From an uncultured Acidobacteriota bacterium (lineage in GTDB: Bacteria > Acidobacteriota > Thermoanaerobaculia > Multivoradales > SZUA-115): DNA of 64,000 bases. Numbering within the stretch: position 1 is the first letter of the stretch; every line of letters starts with the position of its first letter. The stretch lies in contig CAWDVR010000002.1 in assembly GCA_963805975.1 (NCBI GenBank), positions 1,088,001 to 1,152,000 on the forward strand. The letters are read 5' to 3'. The notes below the pieces were generated by a model that searched no databases, was not told the DNA's origin, and worked only from the letters and a program-made list of their open reading frames with translations. Made by a program: the position numbers and the translations under genes. Of this stretch, positions 23,559 to 33,975 are shown in pieces.

Positions 23559-24093
23559 GCTCAAGGACGCCAACCTCGACGCCGGTACTCAGGGTGCGGC
23601 GCCGCAGCCCGATCTCCATGCCGCCGGTCATCGCGGCGAGGGCGAGACCTTCGACCTCGAGATCGACGTCAAGTCCATCGCGGCCACCGGCGGCTGGCTG
23701 TTCGTGACCATCGCCGTCTCCATGGTCCTGATGTGGTTCCTGATCGTGGCCCTACGCAACTGGGAGCGAAAGGCCGACCCGCCGGCCTCGCCCGCCTTTG
23801 CGCAGGCGATCCAGGAACGGGTGAGCTTCGACCCCCCGGGGCCGCGCCTCCAGCCTTCACCGGCGAGCGACCTGCGGCCCGAGGCCGAGCTGACCGCCTT
23901 CCTCCACGAGCAGGACGAGGCGCTCGGCAGCTACGGCTGGGTGTCGAAGGAGGGCGGCATCGCCAGGATCCCGATCGCGCGGGCGATCGCGCTGCTGGCC
24001 GAGAAGGGCCTGCCCGCACCGCGGCCCACGGCCGAGGTCGTCACCTTCCCGCCGGTCGCCGAGCCCCACGCGGCGCCGGCACAGGGCCATTGA
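23551..24093 (+). CDS. ActG-like single-TM subunit
   Basis: PPGPRLQ...YGWV....ARIPIARAI motif; lies between actF and SCO. Confidence 0.75.
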   Translation: MNELKDANLDAGTQGAAPQPDLHAAGHRGEGETFDLEIDVKSIAATGGWLFVTIAVSMVLMWFLIVALRNWERKADPPASPAFAQAIQERVSFDPPGPRLQPSPASDLRPEAELTAFLHEQDEALGSYGWVSKEGGIARIPIARAIALLAEKGLPAPRPTAEVVTFPPVAEPHAAPAQGH

Positions 24094-24109
24094 GAGTGCG
24101 ACGAGGCCC

Positions 24110-25003
24110 ATGGTGAGACCTGGAACCCTTCTCCTGGCGCGGCTCCTGCCGGCGTGCGCCGCCCTGGCCTGGTCCCTGGGCGCGGCTTCGCCGGCGCTCG
24201 CGCAGGCGACGGCCCAGCCCGCGCTCGGCGATCCGCTGGGAACGACCCCTTCGACCAAGATGCCCGACGAGTTCAAGGACGTGGGCTTCGACCAGCGCCT
24301 GGGCGAAGGTGTACCGTTCGACGGGGCATTCACCGACGAGGCCGGCCGGAGCGTGCGCCTGGGCGACTTCTTCGGCCAGCGCCCGGTGCTCCTGGTGCCG
24401 GTCTATTACGAGTGCCCGATGCTCTGCAGCCAGGTGATGAACGGGCTGGTGGCGGGCCTCGCCACGATCCCCTTCCTGCCCGGCAACGAGTACGAGGTGG
24501 TGGCGGTCTCTTTCGACCCCCGCGACACGGTCGAGGACGCCTTCAAGCGCAAGAACACGGTGCTCGGCCGCTTCGGCCACCGGGAGACGGCCGGCGGCTG
24601 GCACTTCCTCACCGGCTCTCCGGAGTCGATCCGCGCCTTCACCGACGCGATCGGCTTCCGCTACCGCTTCGACGAGAAGAAAGGCGAGTTCGCCCACACC
24701 GCCGGCGCCGTGCTGGCGACCCCCGAGGGCCGCATCTCCCGCTACTTCTTCGGCCTCGAGTTTCCCGGCCGGCACCTGCGGCTGGGCATCGTGGAAGCAT
24801 CGGCCGAGCGCATCGGGTCGGTGGCGGACCACGTGTTCCTCTACTGCTTCCGCTACGACCCGACGACGGGCCAGTACACCGCCCTGACTCTGAACATCGT
24901 CCGCCTGGCCGGCGGTCTAACCGTCGCCCTGCTCGCCGCCTGGCTCACCGTCACCCTGAGCCGGGAGCGGCGGCGCAACCGAACCTCTCTGGGGACCGCC
25001 TAG
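24110..25003 (+). CDS. SCO1/SenC-family copper chaperone
   Basis: YYECPMLC, AVSFDP and FAH motifs; C-terminal TM. Confidence 0.9.
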   Translation: MVRPGTLLLARLLPACAALAWSLGAASPALAQATAQPALGDPLGTTPSTKMPDEFKDVGFDQRLGEGVPFDGAFTDEAGRSVRLGDFFGQRPVLLVPVYYECPMLCSQVMNGLVAGLATIPFLPGNEYEVVAVSFDPRDTVEDAFKRKNTVLGRFGHRETAGGWHFLTGSPESIRAFTDAIGFRYRFDEKKGEFAHTAGAVLATPEGRISRYFFGLEFPGRHLRLGIVEASAERIGSVADHVFLYCFRYDPTTGQYTALTLNIVRLAGGLTVALLAAWLTVTLSRERRRNRTSLGTA

Positions 25004-25004
25004 G

Positions 25005-25988
25005 ATGCCGCAATTCCCCTTGTTTCCCCAACAGGCCTCGACCGTGGCCGGCGAGGTCGACGCCCTGTACCTCGCCTGGGTGGCGATCAGCCTGTTCTTC
25101 ACGGTGCTCATCTTCGTGCTGGTGGTGTACTTCGCGGTGCGCTACAAGCGCCGCTCGCCGGGCGAGGTGGGAACCGAGGAGACCGCGCCGGCTTCGCTCG
25201 AGATCGTCTGGTCGGTGATCCCGCTCGCCATCTGCCTGGCGTTCTTCTTCTGGGGAACCAAGGTCTTCTTCACCCTGTCGCGCCCGCCCGCCGACGCCGT
25301 CGAGTACTTCGTCACCGGCAAGCAGTGGATGTGGAAGGTGCAGCACCCGAGCGGCGTGCGCGAGATCAACCATCTGCACGTGCCGGTGGGCGTACCGATC
25401 CGGCTGACCATGACCTCCGAGGACACCATCCACTCCTTCTATCTGCCGGCGTTCCGCGTCAAGCAGGACGTGCTCCCCGGTCGCTACTCGACGGTCTGGT
25501 TCGAGGCCACCAAGCCCGGCACCTACTACCTCTTCTGCGCCGAGTACTGCGGCGCCGAGCACTCGCTGATGGGCGGCTGGGTCACCGTCATGGAGCCCAG
25601 GGCCTACGAGGAGTGGCTGGCCGGAGGGCCCTCCACCCTGCCGCCGGTCGAGATGGGCAAGGAGCTCTTCGGGAGCCTCGCCTGCAACACCTGCCACATG
25701 GCCGGCGACACGCAGCGCGGCCCGAAGCTCGACGGCGTCTTCGACAGCGAGGTGACGCTCTCGACCGGGCGCGTGGTGGTGGCCGACGAGAACTACCTGC
25801 GCGAGTCGATCCTCAACCCCGGCACCAAGCTGGTGGCCGGCTTCGAGCCGCTGATGCCGACCTTCCAGGGCCAGGTCTCCGAAGAGCAGTTGAACGCCTT
25901 GATCTCCTACATCAAATCGCTTCCCAAGACGGTGCCCGCCGGGCAGGCTGCCGTCGCGCCCCAGGCCGCGAGCGGCGCCGTCCACTGA
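25005..25988 (+). CDS. coxB: Cytochrome c oxidase subunit II with fused cytochrome c (caa3 type)
   Basis: CuA ligands IHSF and CAEYCGAEHSLM; CNTCH heme c motif. Confidence 0.95.
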   Translation: MPQFPLFPQQASTVAGEVDALYLAWVAISLFFTVLIFVLVVYFAVRYKRRSPGEVGTEETAPASLEIVWSVIPLAICLAFFFWGTKVFFTLSRPPADAVEYFVTGKQWMWKVQHPSGVREINHLHVPVGVPIRLTMTSEDTIHSFYLPAFRVKQDVLPGRYSTVWFEATKPGTYYLFCAEYCGAEHSLMGGWVTVMEPRAYEEWLAGGPSTLPPVEMGKELFGSLACNTCHMAGDTQRGPKLDGVFDSEVTLSTGRVVVADENYLRESILNPGTKLVAGFEPLMPTFQGQVSEEQLNALISYIKSLPKTVPAGQAAVAPQAASGAVH

Positions 25989-26001
25989 GGAAGATTGAGC
26001 C

Positions 26002-27687
26002 ATGAGCACTGAATCGTTCCTGACGGCACCGGAGCCCGGGGTCGAAACGACCGCCACCGAGCTGCCGCGCCGCCATTTCATGAACAGCAAGTACGGCATC
26101 CTGTCGTGGCTGCTGACCCAGGACCACAAGCGGATCGCCATCCTCTACCTGATCTCGGTCTCGGCTTTTTTCGCGCTCGGCGGCGTGATGGCGATGCTGA
26201 TCCGCCTCGAGCTCCTCACCCCGGCGGGCGACCTGTTCCAGGGCGACACCTACAACCGGGTGTTCACCATGCACGGCGTCTTGATGGTGTTCTTCTTCCT
26301 GGTGCCGGTGATCCCGGCGATCCTCGGCAACTTCCTGCTGCCGATCATGATCGGGGCCAAGGACCTGGCGTTCCCCAAGATCAACCTGGCGAGCTGGTAT
26401 CTCTACACCATCGGCGGCGCGTTCACTCTCTACGCCATGCTGCACGGCGGCGTCGACACCGGCTGGACCTTCTACACGCCGTTCTCCTCCGCCTACTCGA
26501 ACACCGGCGTGCTGGCGACGGCGGTCGGCGTCTTCATCGCCGGCTTCTCTTCGATCTTCACCGGTCTCAACTTCATCGTTACCGTGCACCGCATGCGGGC
26601 GCCGGGGCTGACCTGGTTCCGCCTGCCGCTCTTCGTGTGGGCCAACTACGCGACCAGTCTGGTGATCATGCTCGGCACGCCGGTGATCGCGGTGACCCTC
26701 TTCCTGCTGGCCCTCGAGCGCGGCCTCGGCCTGGGCATCTTCAACCCGGCCCTGGGCGGCGACCCGGTGCTCTTCCAGCACCTCTTCTGGTTCTACTCGC
26801 ACCCCGCGGTCTACATCATGGTGCTGCCGGCGATGGGCGTGGTCAGCGAGCTGGTGGCGGCCTTCGCCAGAAAGCCCGTTTTCGGCTACAAGGTGGTGGC
26901 CTTCGCCTCGATCGCCATCGCCGTTCTCGGCTTCCTGGTCTGGGGCCACCACATGTTCGTCTCCGGCCAGTCGGTGTACGCGGCGACGGTCTTCTCCGTG
27001 CTCTCGATGCTGGTGGCGATCCCCTCGGCGGTCAAGGTCTTCAACTGGACGACGACGCTCTACGAGGGCTCGGTCTCCTACGAGACGCCGATGCTCTACG
27101 GGCTGGGGTTCATCGGCCTGTTCACCATCGGCGGCCTGACCGGCGTGATGTTGGCGACGCTCGGCATCGACGTCCACGTGCACGACACCTACTTCATCGT
27201 CGCCCACTTCCACTACGTGATGGTGGGCGGCACGCTGATGGGCTATCTCGGCGGCCTCCACTACTGGTGGCCGAAGATGTTCGGCCGCATGTATCCGGCG
27301 TTCTGGTCGAAGCTGTCGGCGCTCTGCGTGTTCATCGGCTTCAACTTGACGTTCTTCCCGCAGTTCATCGTCGGGTACATGGGCATGCCGCGCCGCTACT
27401 GGACCTATCCGGCCGAGTTCCAGGTGCTGAACGTGCTCTCCTCGGCCGGTGCCTCGATCCTCGGCTTCGGCCTCCTGCTGCCGGCCTGCTACCTCTTGTG
27501 GTCGCTCGCCAAGGGCCGGGTGGCGGGCAACAACCCGTGGGGCGCAGTGGGGCTCGAGTGGGAGACCACCTCGCCGCCGCCCACCGAGAACTTCACCTCC
27601 ACCCCCGAGGTGGCCGGCGGCCCGTACGACTACATCAACAAGGACAAGATCTTCGCCTTCCCGCACGAGGAGGCACGCGTTGTCTAG
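26002..27687 (+). CDS. coxA: Cytochrome c oxidase subunit I (type A2)
   Basis: [19 protein letters not shown] (YS motif of A2 enzymes), WGHHM, AHFHY. Confidence 0.96.
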   Translation: MSTESFLTAPEPGVETTATELPRRHFMNSKYGILSWLLTQDHKRIAILYLISVSAFFALGGVMAMLIRLELLTPAGDLFQGDTYNRVFTMHGVLMVFFFLVPVIPAILGNFLLPIMIGAKDLAFPKINLASWYLYTIGGAFTLYAMLHGGVDTGWTFYTPFSSAYSNTGVLATAVGVFIAGFSSIFTGLNFIVTVHRMRAPGLTWFRLPLFVWANYATSLVIMLGTPVIAVTLFLLALERGLGLGIFNPALGGDPVLFQHLFWFYSHPAVYIMVLPAMGVVSELVAAFARKPVFGYKVVAFASIAIAVLGFLVWGHHMFVSGQSVYAATVFSVLSMLVAIPSAVKVFNWTTTLYEGSVSYETPMLYGLGFIGLFTIGGLTGVMLATLGIDVHVHDTYFIVAHFHYVMVGGTLMGYLGGLHYWWPKMFGRMYPAFWSKLSALCVFIGFNLTFFPQFIVGYMGMPRRYWTYPAEFQVLNVLSSAGASILGFGLLLPACYLLWSLAKGRVAGNNPWGAVGLEWETTSPPPTENFTSTPEVAGGPYDYINKDKIFAFPHEEARVV

Positions 27688-28450
27688 CCCGCACTCGCAG
27701 GCCCTCGACTCCCACGCGGCTCGCCCGCTGACGGAGCACGGCGATCACCCTCCAGGGCTCGCGCACCACTTCGAGTCCTTCGCGCAGCAGCGCGAGTCCT
27801 CGACGCTCGGCATGTGGCTCTTCCTGGTCACCGAGATCATGTTCTTCGGCGGCATGTTCCTGGCCTACACGCTCTACCGCCGGGAGTTCCCGCTCGCCTT
27901 CCAGGCCGGCAGCCACTCGCTGAGCATCGGGCTCGGCGTGTTCAACACCGCGGTCCTGATCGGCTCCTCGCTCACCATGGCGCTGGCGGTGCGCGCAGCG
28001 CAGCTCTCCTGGCGCAAGGGGATCGTCCTGTTCCTGGTCCTTACCATCCTCCTGGGCGGCATCTTCTTGGGCGTCAAGGTGATCGAGTACTCGCAGAAGG
28101 GCGTCCCCATCCCGGTCGTCGGCCCCTGGGTGCTCTCCCAAACCCCCGAGCCCCACCACATCTACGTGCCCGGCGACCGGTTCCACTTCGAGGGCGAGGG
28201 CAAGTTCCAGGGCGCGGCCGAGAACAACGTGCAGATGTTCTTCTCGCTCTATTTCGCGATGACCGGCACGCACGCGCTGCACATGATCATCGGCATCGCG
28301 ATCATGCTCTTCATGCTGCGGCCGGCATGGCGCGGCAGGTGGAACACCGACAACCACAACTTCGTGGAAGGCTTCGGCCTCTACTGGCATTTCGTCGACA
28401 TCGTCTGGATCTTCCTCTTTCCGTTGCTGTATCTCATCGGCCGGCACTAG
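27680..28450 (+). CDS. coxC: Cytochrome c oxidase subunit III
   Basis: [42 protein letters not shown]; TTG start inferred. Confidence 0.92.
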   Translation: MSSPHSQALDSHAARPLTEHGDHPPGLAHHFESFAQQRESSTLGMWLFLVTEIMFFGGMFLAYTLYRREFPLAFQAGSHSLSIGLGVFNTAVLIGSSLTMALAVRAAQLSWRKGIVLFLVLTILLGGIFLGVKVIEYSQKGVPIPVVGPWVLSQTPEPHHIYVPGDRFHFEGEGKFQGAAENNVQMFFSLYFAMTGTHALHMIIGIAIMLFMLRPAWRGRWNTDNHNFVEGFGLYWHFVDIVWIFLFPLLYLIGRH

Positions 28451-28465
28451 GCAGGAGAGGCGCTC

Positions 28466-28765
28466 ATGTCCGTCCACGTGTCCCCGGTGCGCCTTTACCT
28501 GGCGATCTTCTTCGCGCTGCTGGTAGGCACCGCCCTCACGGTGTGGGCCGCGTTCATGGAGTTCGGCCCCTTCAACAACATCGTGGCGATGGCGATCGCC
28601 GTGGCGAAGGCGACCCTCGTGGTGCTGTTCTTCATGCACGTCAAGTACTCGACCCGGCTGACCAAGCTGGTCGTCGCCGGTGGCTTCCTCTGGCTGGGGC
28701 TGCTGTTCCTCTTCACGCTCGCCGACTACATGAACCGCGGCTGGCTGGGCGTCGCCGGCAAGTAA
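28466..28765 (+). CDS. coxD: Cytochrome c oxidase subunit IV
   Basis: 3 TM segments; KATLVVLFFMHVKY. Confidence 0.88.
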   Translation: MSVHVSPVRLYLAIFFALLVGTALTVWAAFMEFGPFNNIVAMAIAVAKATLVVLFFMHVKYSTRLTKLVVAGGFLWLGLLFLFTLADYMNRGWLGVAGK

Positions 28766-28810
28766 CGCCCGACCCGCCGGCCCTGAGGCCGGCCCACGGT
28801 CTCAGCTCTC

Positions 28811-29374
28811 ATGCGCCGCAACGAGACCCTCCTCGACCTTCTCCTCGAGATCCAGATGCTGGACCGCGTGCCGCGGATGGGCTACGCACTGCGCGGCGTG
28901 GTGGACGGCGAGAGTGTCACCGAGCACTCCTGGCACGTGCTCTTCCTGGTCTGGTCGCTGGCGCCGCGCGTCCCCGAGGTGGACCCGCACCGGGCCGTCG
29001 AGATGGCCCTGATCCACGACTTGGCCGAGCTTCGGGTCGGGGACCTGCCGCGCACCGCCTCGCGCTACTTCCCGGCCGGCGCCAAGCGGGCCGCCGAGAC
29101 CGCCGCCATGGCCGAGCTGGCGGCCCCTTTGCCCGAGCGCGCGCAGGAGCTCTTCGCCGACTACGAACAGGGGACGAGCCCGGAGGCGAAGCTGGTGAAG
29201 GCCTGCGACAAGCTGCAACTGATGCTCAAGGTGGCGGTCTACCAGCACTGGGGCGCGGGCGGCCTCGGGGAGTTCTGGGAGAACCCGGACAACTTTCCTG
29301 ACGGCGGTTTCCCGGCGGTACGCGAGCTGTTCGAGGAGCTCAGGCGCCGCCGGGACGAGGGGGCGAAGTCATGA
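28811..29374 (+). CDS. HD-domain phosphohydrolase (YfbR/HDDC2-like)
   Basis: RVPRMGY, ESVTEHS, IHDLAE..GD and DKLQ motifs. Confidence 0.88.
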   Translation: MRRNETLLDLLLEIQMLDRVPRMGYALRGVVDGESVTEHSWHVLFLVWSLAPRVPEVDPHRAVEMALIHDLAELRVGDLPRTASRYFPAGAKRAAETAAMAELAAPLPERAQELFADYEQGTSPEAKLVKACDKLQLMLKVAVYQHWGAGGLGEFWENPDNFPDGGFPAVRELFEELRRRRDEGAKS

Positions 29375-29739
29375 GGATGGCCCCCGCGAGCTGGCGTAAA
29401 GCCTGCTTTCTGCTGGCGCTTGCCACGACCCTGGCCTGCGGCTCGTCGCCCGAGGACCGTGTGGCACGCGGCCGCGTGCTCTATCAACAGACCTGCTCCA
29501 TCTGCCACGGCGGTGACGCCAGGGGCATGCGGGGGCTGGGCAGGAGCCTGCTCGGCAACCAGTTCATCGCCGACCGGAGCGAGCGGGAGATGGTGGACTT
29601 TCTGAAGGTCGGCCGGCGTTTCGACGACCCCACGAACGAGACCGGGGTCGACATGCCGCCCCGCGGCGGCAACCAGGGCCTGCGGGACGACGATCTCGGC
29701 GCCATCGCCGCCTACCTCAAGACCCTGCCGAGCCACTGA
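29371..29739 (+). CDS. Small monoheme cytochrome c lipoprotein
   Basis: Lipobox LAC, CSICH, MPPRGG axial Met; ATGA overlap. Confidence 0.85.
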   Translation: MRMAPASWRKACFLLALATTLACGSSPEDRVARGRVLYQQTCSICHGGDARGMRGLGRSLLGNQFIADRSEREMVDFLKVGRRFDDPTNETGVDMPPRGGNQGLRDDDLGAIAAYLKTLPSH

Positions 29740-29755
29740 GGGGCGCCCGGGCCCG

Positions 29756-30340
29756 CTACTTCTTTTTCTTCTTCTCCTGCTTGGCCAGGAACTTCTCGAG
29801 CTTGGGCTGGAAGCTCGGCCCCAGGAGGCGGTGGGCGGCGGAGGTCACGTCGCCCAGCACCACGCGCAGATCCTCGGGGCCGCTCCAGTGCTTGCGGGCG
29901 TGGGCCTCGAGCTCGCCGCCGAACGCCTGGGCGAGGACGGCGGTGGCGAGCACCACGTCCTCCAGGTAGCCGGCGCCGCCCAGCAGCGCCTCGGGCAGCA
30001 GGTCCACCGGCAGCAGGAAGTAGGCGAGCACCGAGCCGATGAGGGCCCGGGTGCGGGGCGGCACGTCGCGGTCCATTACCAGCCGTACCAGCAGCAGGAA
30101 GATGTCCGGCACCAAGAGCAGCACCTTGACCGCGTCGGCCCCTAGCTTGCCGCCCTTCTTCTCCACCGCCGCGAGCACCTTCTCCCGCAGCCGGTCGTAG
30201 GTGGTGAGCAGATGCTCGCGCTCGGGCGGAAGAACCTCTTCCTCGTCGGCCCTATCCTCGCTTGCCAGAGCCTCGGCGGCGGCTGCGTCGGACAGCTCGA
30301 TCTCGGTAGCGGCTGGCGGCTGGCGGTTCTCTTCGTTCAT
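29756..30340 (-). CDS. DUF1232/YkvA-family protein
   Basis: LAYFLLPVDLLPE...GYLEDV. Confidence 0.82.
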   Translation of the reverse strand: MNEENRQPPAATEIELSDAAAAEALASEDRADEEEVLPPEREHLLTTYDRLREKVLAAVEKKGGKLGADAVKVLLLVPDIFLLLVRLVMDRDVPPRTRALIGSVLAYFLLPVDLLPEALLGGAGYLEDVVLATAVLAQAFGGELEAHARKHWSGPEDLRVVLGDVTSAAHRLLGPSFQPKLEKFLAKQEKKKKK

Positions 30341-30406
30341 CGAGGCTCCGAGTGCGGCGCCATTGTAGCAGCGGGTCCACCACTGCCTCGAGCTCGTCTC
30401 GACTCA

Positions 30407-30459
30407 CCCCTTGACAGCTTAGGGGTCCCTGCGCGACACTCCCCTAAACGACTTAGGGT
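30407..30459 (+). promoter_or_regulatory. padR promoter with two imperfect palindromic operators
   Basis: CCCCTTGACAGCTTAGGGG (30407-30425, contains TTGACA) and CCCCTAAACGACTTAGGGT (30441-30459). Confidence 0.65.
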
Positions 30460-30465
30460 GAAACC

Positions 30466-30798
30466 ATGGCGAGACGATCCACCGACCTCCTGCAAGGCAC
30501 CCTCGACATGCTGGTGCTCAAGGCCCTCACTCGCGAGCCGCTCCACGGCTACGCCGTGATGCGCTGGCTGCGCCAAGTGTCGGACGACGGCTTGAAGATC
30601 GAGGAGGGGGCCCTCTACCCCGCGCTCCACCGTCTCCAGGCCCGCGGCTGGGTGGCCGCGGAGTGGGGCCTGTCGGACACCAACCGCCAGGCGAAGTACT
30701 ACGCGCTGACCGCCAAGGGCCATGGCGCGCTCGACTCCGAGACCCAGGCCTGGCGCGGCTACGTGACCGCGGTCAGCAAAGTGCTCGAGGCGGTCTGA
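30466..30798 (+). CDS. PadR-family transcriptional regulator (acidobacterial type)
   Basis: LLQGTLDMLVLK, HGYAV, EEGALYPALHRL, NRQAKYYALT. Confidence 0.92.
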   Translation: MARRSTDLLQGTLDMLVLKALTREPLHGYAVMRWLRQVSDDGLKIEEGALYPALHRLQARGWVAAEWGLSDTNRQAKYYALTAKGHGALDSETQAWRGYVTAVSKVLEAV

Positions 30799-30807
30799 GA
30801 GCCGTTC

Positions 30808-33480
30808 ATGGATCCCGGCTTCCAGAAGGTCCGCCGCTTCAGCCTCGGCCGCCGCGACCGCCGCCGCGAGGTGGAGGAGGAGCTCGCTTTTCACCTCGAG
30901 TCGAGCCAGCGCGATTTGATGGCCACCGGCCTCACGGCGCCGCTGGCCCGTGAGGAAGCCGACCGGCGCTTTGGCGACCTCGACCGCTACCGCAAGGCCT
31001 GCCTGACCATCGACCAACGTCGCGAACGCGCGGAAAGGCGAGGTGAGCTCGTGACCGACCTGTTGCTGGACTTCAAATACGCCCTGCGCTCCTTCCGCAA
31101 GAGCCCGGCCTTCCTGGCCGGCACCGTGCTGACCCTGGCGCTCGGCATCGGCGGGGCCACCGCCGTCTTCTCCGTGGTCTACGGCGTGATGCTCAAGCCG
31201 TTGCCGTTCCCCGAGCCGGATCGCCTGATGCACCTCTGGGAAAAGAACCCGGAGCGCGGCTGGACGTTCAACGAGGCGTCGCCCGCCAACTTCCTCGACT
31301 GGCGCGAGCGCGCCACCAGCTTCTCCGGGATGACCGCCTACAGCACTCTCGGCAACGACATGGCGCTGACCGGCGACGGCGAGCCCGACCACATCGCCGG
31401 CGTCCTGGTCTACCCGAACTTCTTCGAGGTGCTGGGTCTCCATCCGGTGCTGGGCCGCTGGTTCGAGGAGCAGGATTCCTGGCAGGGCAAAGCGACCGTG
31501 GTGGTGCTCTCCCACGAGATCTGGCAGCGGCGCTTCGGTGGCGACCCGGCCCTGGTGGGCCAGAGCATCCAGTTGAACGGCCGAGACCGGCTGGTGGTGG
31601 GCATCGCGCCGGCCGGCATCCCGTTTCCCCAGCCCGGCTTCGACTTCTGGCTGCCCATCGCCTGGGAGCCGGCCAACCGCTCCGAGGTCTGGTTCCGGCG
31701 CGCCCATTTCGTCCGGCCGGTGGCGCGCCTCAAACCGGGGGTCTCGCCCGAGGCCGGCTCCACGGAGCTCGAGACGATCGCGGCGCGGCTCGAGAAGGAG
31801 TATCCCGAGACCAACCTGCAGATGGGCGCCGGCCTCACGCCGCTCTCCGCATGGATGAGCCGTGGCAGCCGCCTGTCGCTCCTCGTGCTGCTGGCGGCGG
31901 TCGGGCTGTTGCTCCTCGTGGCCTGCGCCAACGTGGCCCATTTGCTTCTCGCCCGCGCCGCGCCGCGCACCGAGGAGATGGACGTGCGCACGGCGCTCGG
32001 CGCCAGCCGCTTTCGCATCCTGCGGCAGGTGCTGGCCGAGAGCCTGCTCCTCGCCGGCGCCGGCGGCGCGCTCGGCTGCGTGCTGGCGGCCTGGGGCACC
32101 ACGGCGCTCCTCGCCCTTGCCCCGGCCAACCTCCCACGGCGCCAAGAGATCGGCCTCGACGCACCGGTGCTCGCCTTCGCCGTGGCGCTCACGCTCGCCG
32201 CCACCGTGCTCTTCGGCTTGGCGCCGGCCTTCAAGGCTTCGCGGGGCAAGGCCCTGCGTGCTCTCGCCGCCGGCCGCGGCTTGGCCGCCGCGGGCTCCGT
32301 GCGCCGCGGCGCACGAGTGCTGGTGGTGGTGGAGATCGCGCTCTCGCTGGTGCTGGTGGTCGGCGCTGGCCTGTTCGGCAAGAGCCTGCTGCAGCTCACC
32401 CGGGTCGATCCCGGCTTTCGGCCGCAGAACGTGCTCGCGGTCAAGCTCGGACTGCCCGGCGCCCGCTATGCCGATACGCCGCAACAGCTCGCGTTCTACG
32501 ACGACCTGGTGGCGCGCGTGAGCCGTCAGCCCGGTGTGATCGCGGTGGCCTTGACCGACCGTCTGCCGGTCACCGGCTCCAACTGGACCAGCGACTTCGC
32601 GGTCGACGGCCGAGGCCGCGAGGAATTCGGCATCGACGTGAACCATCGCTCGGTGAGCCCGGGCTACTTCCAGGCGCTCTCGGTGCCGTTGCTGAGCGGG
32701 CGCATCTTCACCGCCGCCGACATCGCCGGCGCCGAGCAGGTGGTGGTGGTCAACCAGGCGCTCGCCCAGCGCTACTTCCCCGGTGAGAGCCCGGTGGGAG
32801 AGCGGCTCTGCTTCGACCGCTACCCGGAACCCGAGTCGCGCTGGCGGACGATCGTCGGCGTGGTCGGGGACGAGAAGATCGAGGGCCTGGCGAAAGCCCC
32901 CCGGCCGGAGATCCTGCAGCCGTTCGCGCAGAACCCGGAGGCGGGGGCCGAGCTCTTGGTGCGCACGGCCGGCGAGCCCCTGGCCCTGGTGGCTGCGATC
33001 CGCGCCGAGGTGCGCTCGCTCGACCGCCATCTGCCGCTCTTCGAGGTGCGCACCGTCGAGCAGGTGGTGGCCGGCTCGCTGGTCCGCGAGCGCTTCCTCG
33101 CTCTGCTGCTCGGCCTGTTCGCGGCCGGCGCCTTGGTGCTGGCCGCGCTCGGCACCTACGCCCTCCTCGCCTATCAGGTGGCGCTCCGCAAGCGAGAGAT
33201 CGGCATTCGCATGGCGCTCGGCGCCAGGCTCGACAACGTACTCCGCCTGGTGGTGAGCGAGGCGGTGGTCCTGGCGGGGATCGGCCTCGCACTGGGCATC
33301 GGCATCGCGCTGGCGCTCACCCGGCGCGCCTCGAGCCTGCTCTACGAGGTGAGCCCGGCAGACCCCGCGGTGTTTGCCGCCGTGGCCCTCTGCCTCACCG
33401 CGGTCGCCGCCGCCGCGAGCTACCTCCCCGCCCGCCGCGCGGCGCGCATCGACCCGGCGCTGACGCTCAGGGAGGAGTAG
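30808..33480 (+). CDS. ADOP-type duplicated ABC permease (MacB_PCD/FtsX twice)
   Basis: EEELAFHL...RRFGD N-terminus, LALGIGGATAVFSVV, ACANVA, REIGIRMALGA, ARRAARIDP; no adjacent ATPase. Confidence 0.92.
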   Translation: MDPGFQKVRRFSLGRRDRRREVEEELAFHLESSQRDLMATGLTAPLAREEADRRFGDLDRYRKACLTIDQRRERAERRGELVTDLLLDFKYALRSFRKSPAFLAGTVLTLALGIGGATAVFSVVYGVMLKPLPFPEPDRLMHLWEKNPERGWTFNEASPANFLDWRERATSFSGMTAYSTLGNDMALTGDGEPDHIAGVLVYPNFFEVLGLHPVLGRWFEEQDSWQGKATVVVLSHEIWQRRFGGDPALVGQSIQLNGRDRLVVGIAPAGIPFPQPGFDFWLPIAWEPANRSEVWFRRAHFVRPVARLKPGVSPEAGSTELETIAARLEKEYPETNLQMGAGLTPLSAWMSRGSRLSLLVLLAAVGLLLLVACANVAHLLLARAAPRTEEMDVRTALGASRFRILRQVLAESLLLAGAGGALGCVLAAWGTTALLALAPANLPRRQEIGLDAPVLAFAVALTLAATVLFGLAPAFKASRGKALRALAAGRGLAAAGSVRRGARVLVVVEIALSLVLVVGAGLFGKSLLQLTRVDPGFRPQNVLAVKLGLPGARYADTPQQLAFYDDLVARVSRQPGVIAVALTDRLPVTGSNWTSDFAVDGRGREEFGIDVNHRSVSPGYFQALSVPLLSGRIFTAADIAGAEQVVVVNQALAQRYFPGESPVGERLCFDRYPEPESRWRTIVGVVGDEKIEGLAKAPRPEILQPFAQNPEAGAELLVRTAGEPLALVAAIRAEVRSLDRHLPLFEVRTVEQVVAGSLVRERFLALLLGLFAAGALVLAALGTYALLAYQVALRKREIGIRMALGARLDNVLRLVVSEAVVLAGIGLALGIGIALALTRRASSLLYEVSPADPAVFAAVALCLTAVAAAASYLPARRAARIDPALTLREE

Positions 33481-33504
33481 GATCCTTGGCGTGGAGGTCC
33501 CTCG

Positions 33505-33975
33505 ATGGCCGAGTACAAATCGACAGTGGTCTGGGCTCGCAACGGCGCGGTGTTCACCGACAACCGCTACAGCCGCGGTCACCGCTGGGTGTTCGACGGT
33601 GGCGTCGAGGTGGCAGCCTCCTCCTCTCCACACGTAGTCCCGCTGCCGTTTTCGGTAGAGGAAGCCGTCGATCCGGAGGAGGCGTTCGTCGCCAGCCTCT
33701 CCAGTTGCCACATGTTGTCGTTCCTGTGGGTCGCCGCCAAGCGCGGCTTCGTGGTCGAGAGCTACCGTGACGAAGCGGTCGGGGTGCTCAGGAAGAACGA
33801 CGAGGGCAAGCTGGCGATGACCCGCGTGACCCTCCGGCCCGAGGTCCGGTTCGCTGCGGGCCCACCGACGACGAGCGACGAGGTCGAGGCCATGCACCAC
33901 GAGGCCCACGAGCAATGCTTCATCGCCAGCTCGGTCAAGACAGATGTGCGGTGCGAGCCGGTGGCCGTGGCCTAG
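33505..33975 (+). CDS. OsmC/Ohr-family protein
   Basis: DPEEAFVASLSSCHML and HEAHEQCFIASSV, with both conserved Cys. Confidence 0.9.
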   Translation: MAEYKSTVVWARNGAVFTDNRYSRGHRWVFDGGVEVAASSSPHVVPLPFSVEEAVDPEEAFVASLSSCHMLSFLWVAAKRGFVVESYRDEAVGVLRKNDEGKLAMTRVTLRPEVRFAAGPPTTSDEVEAMHHEAHEQCFIASSVKTDVRCEPVAVA

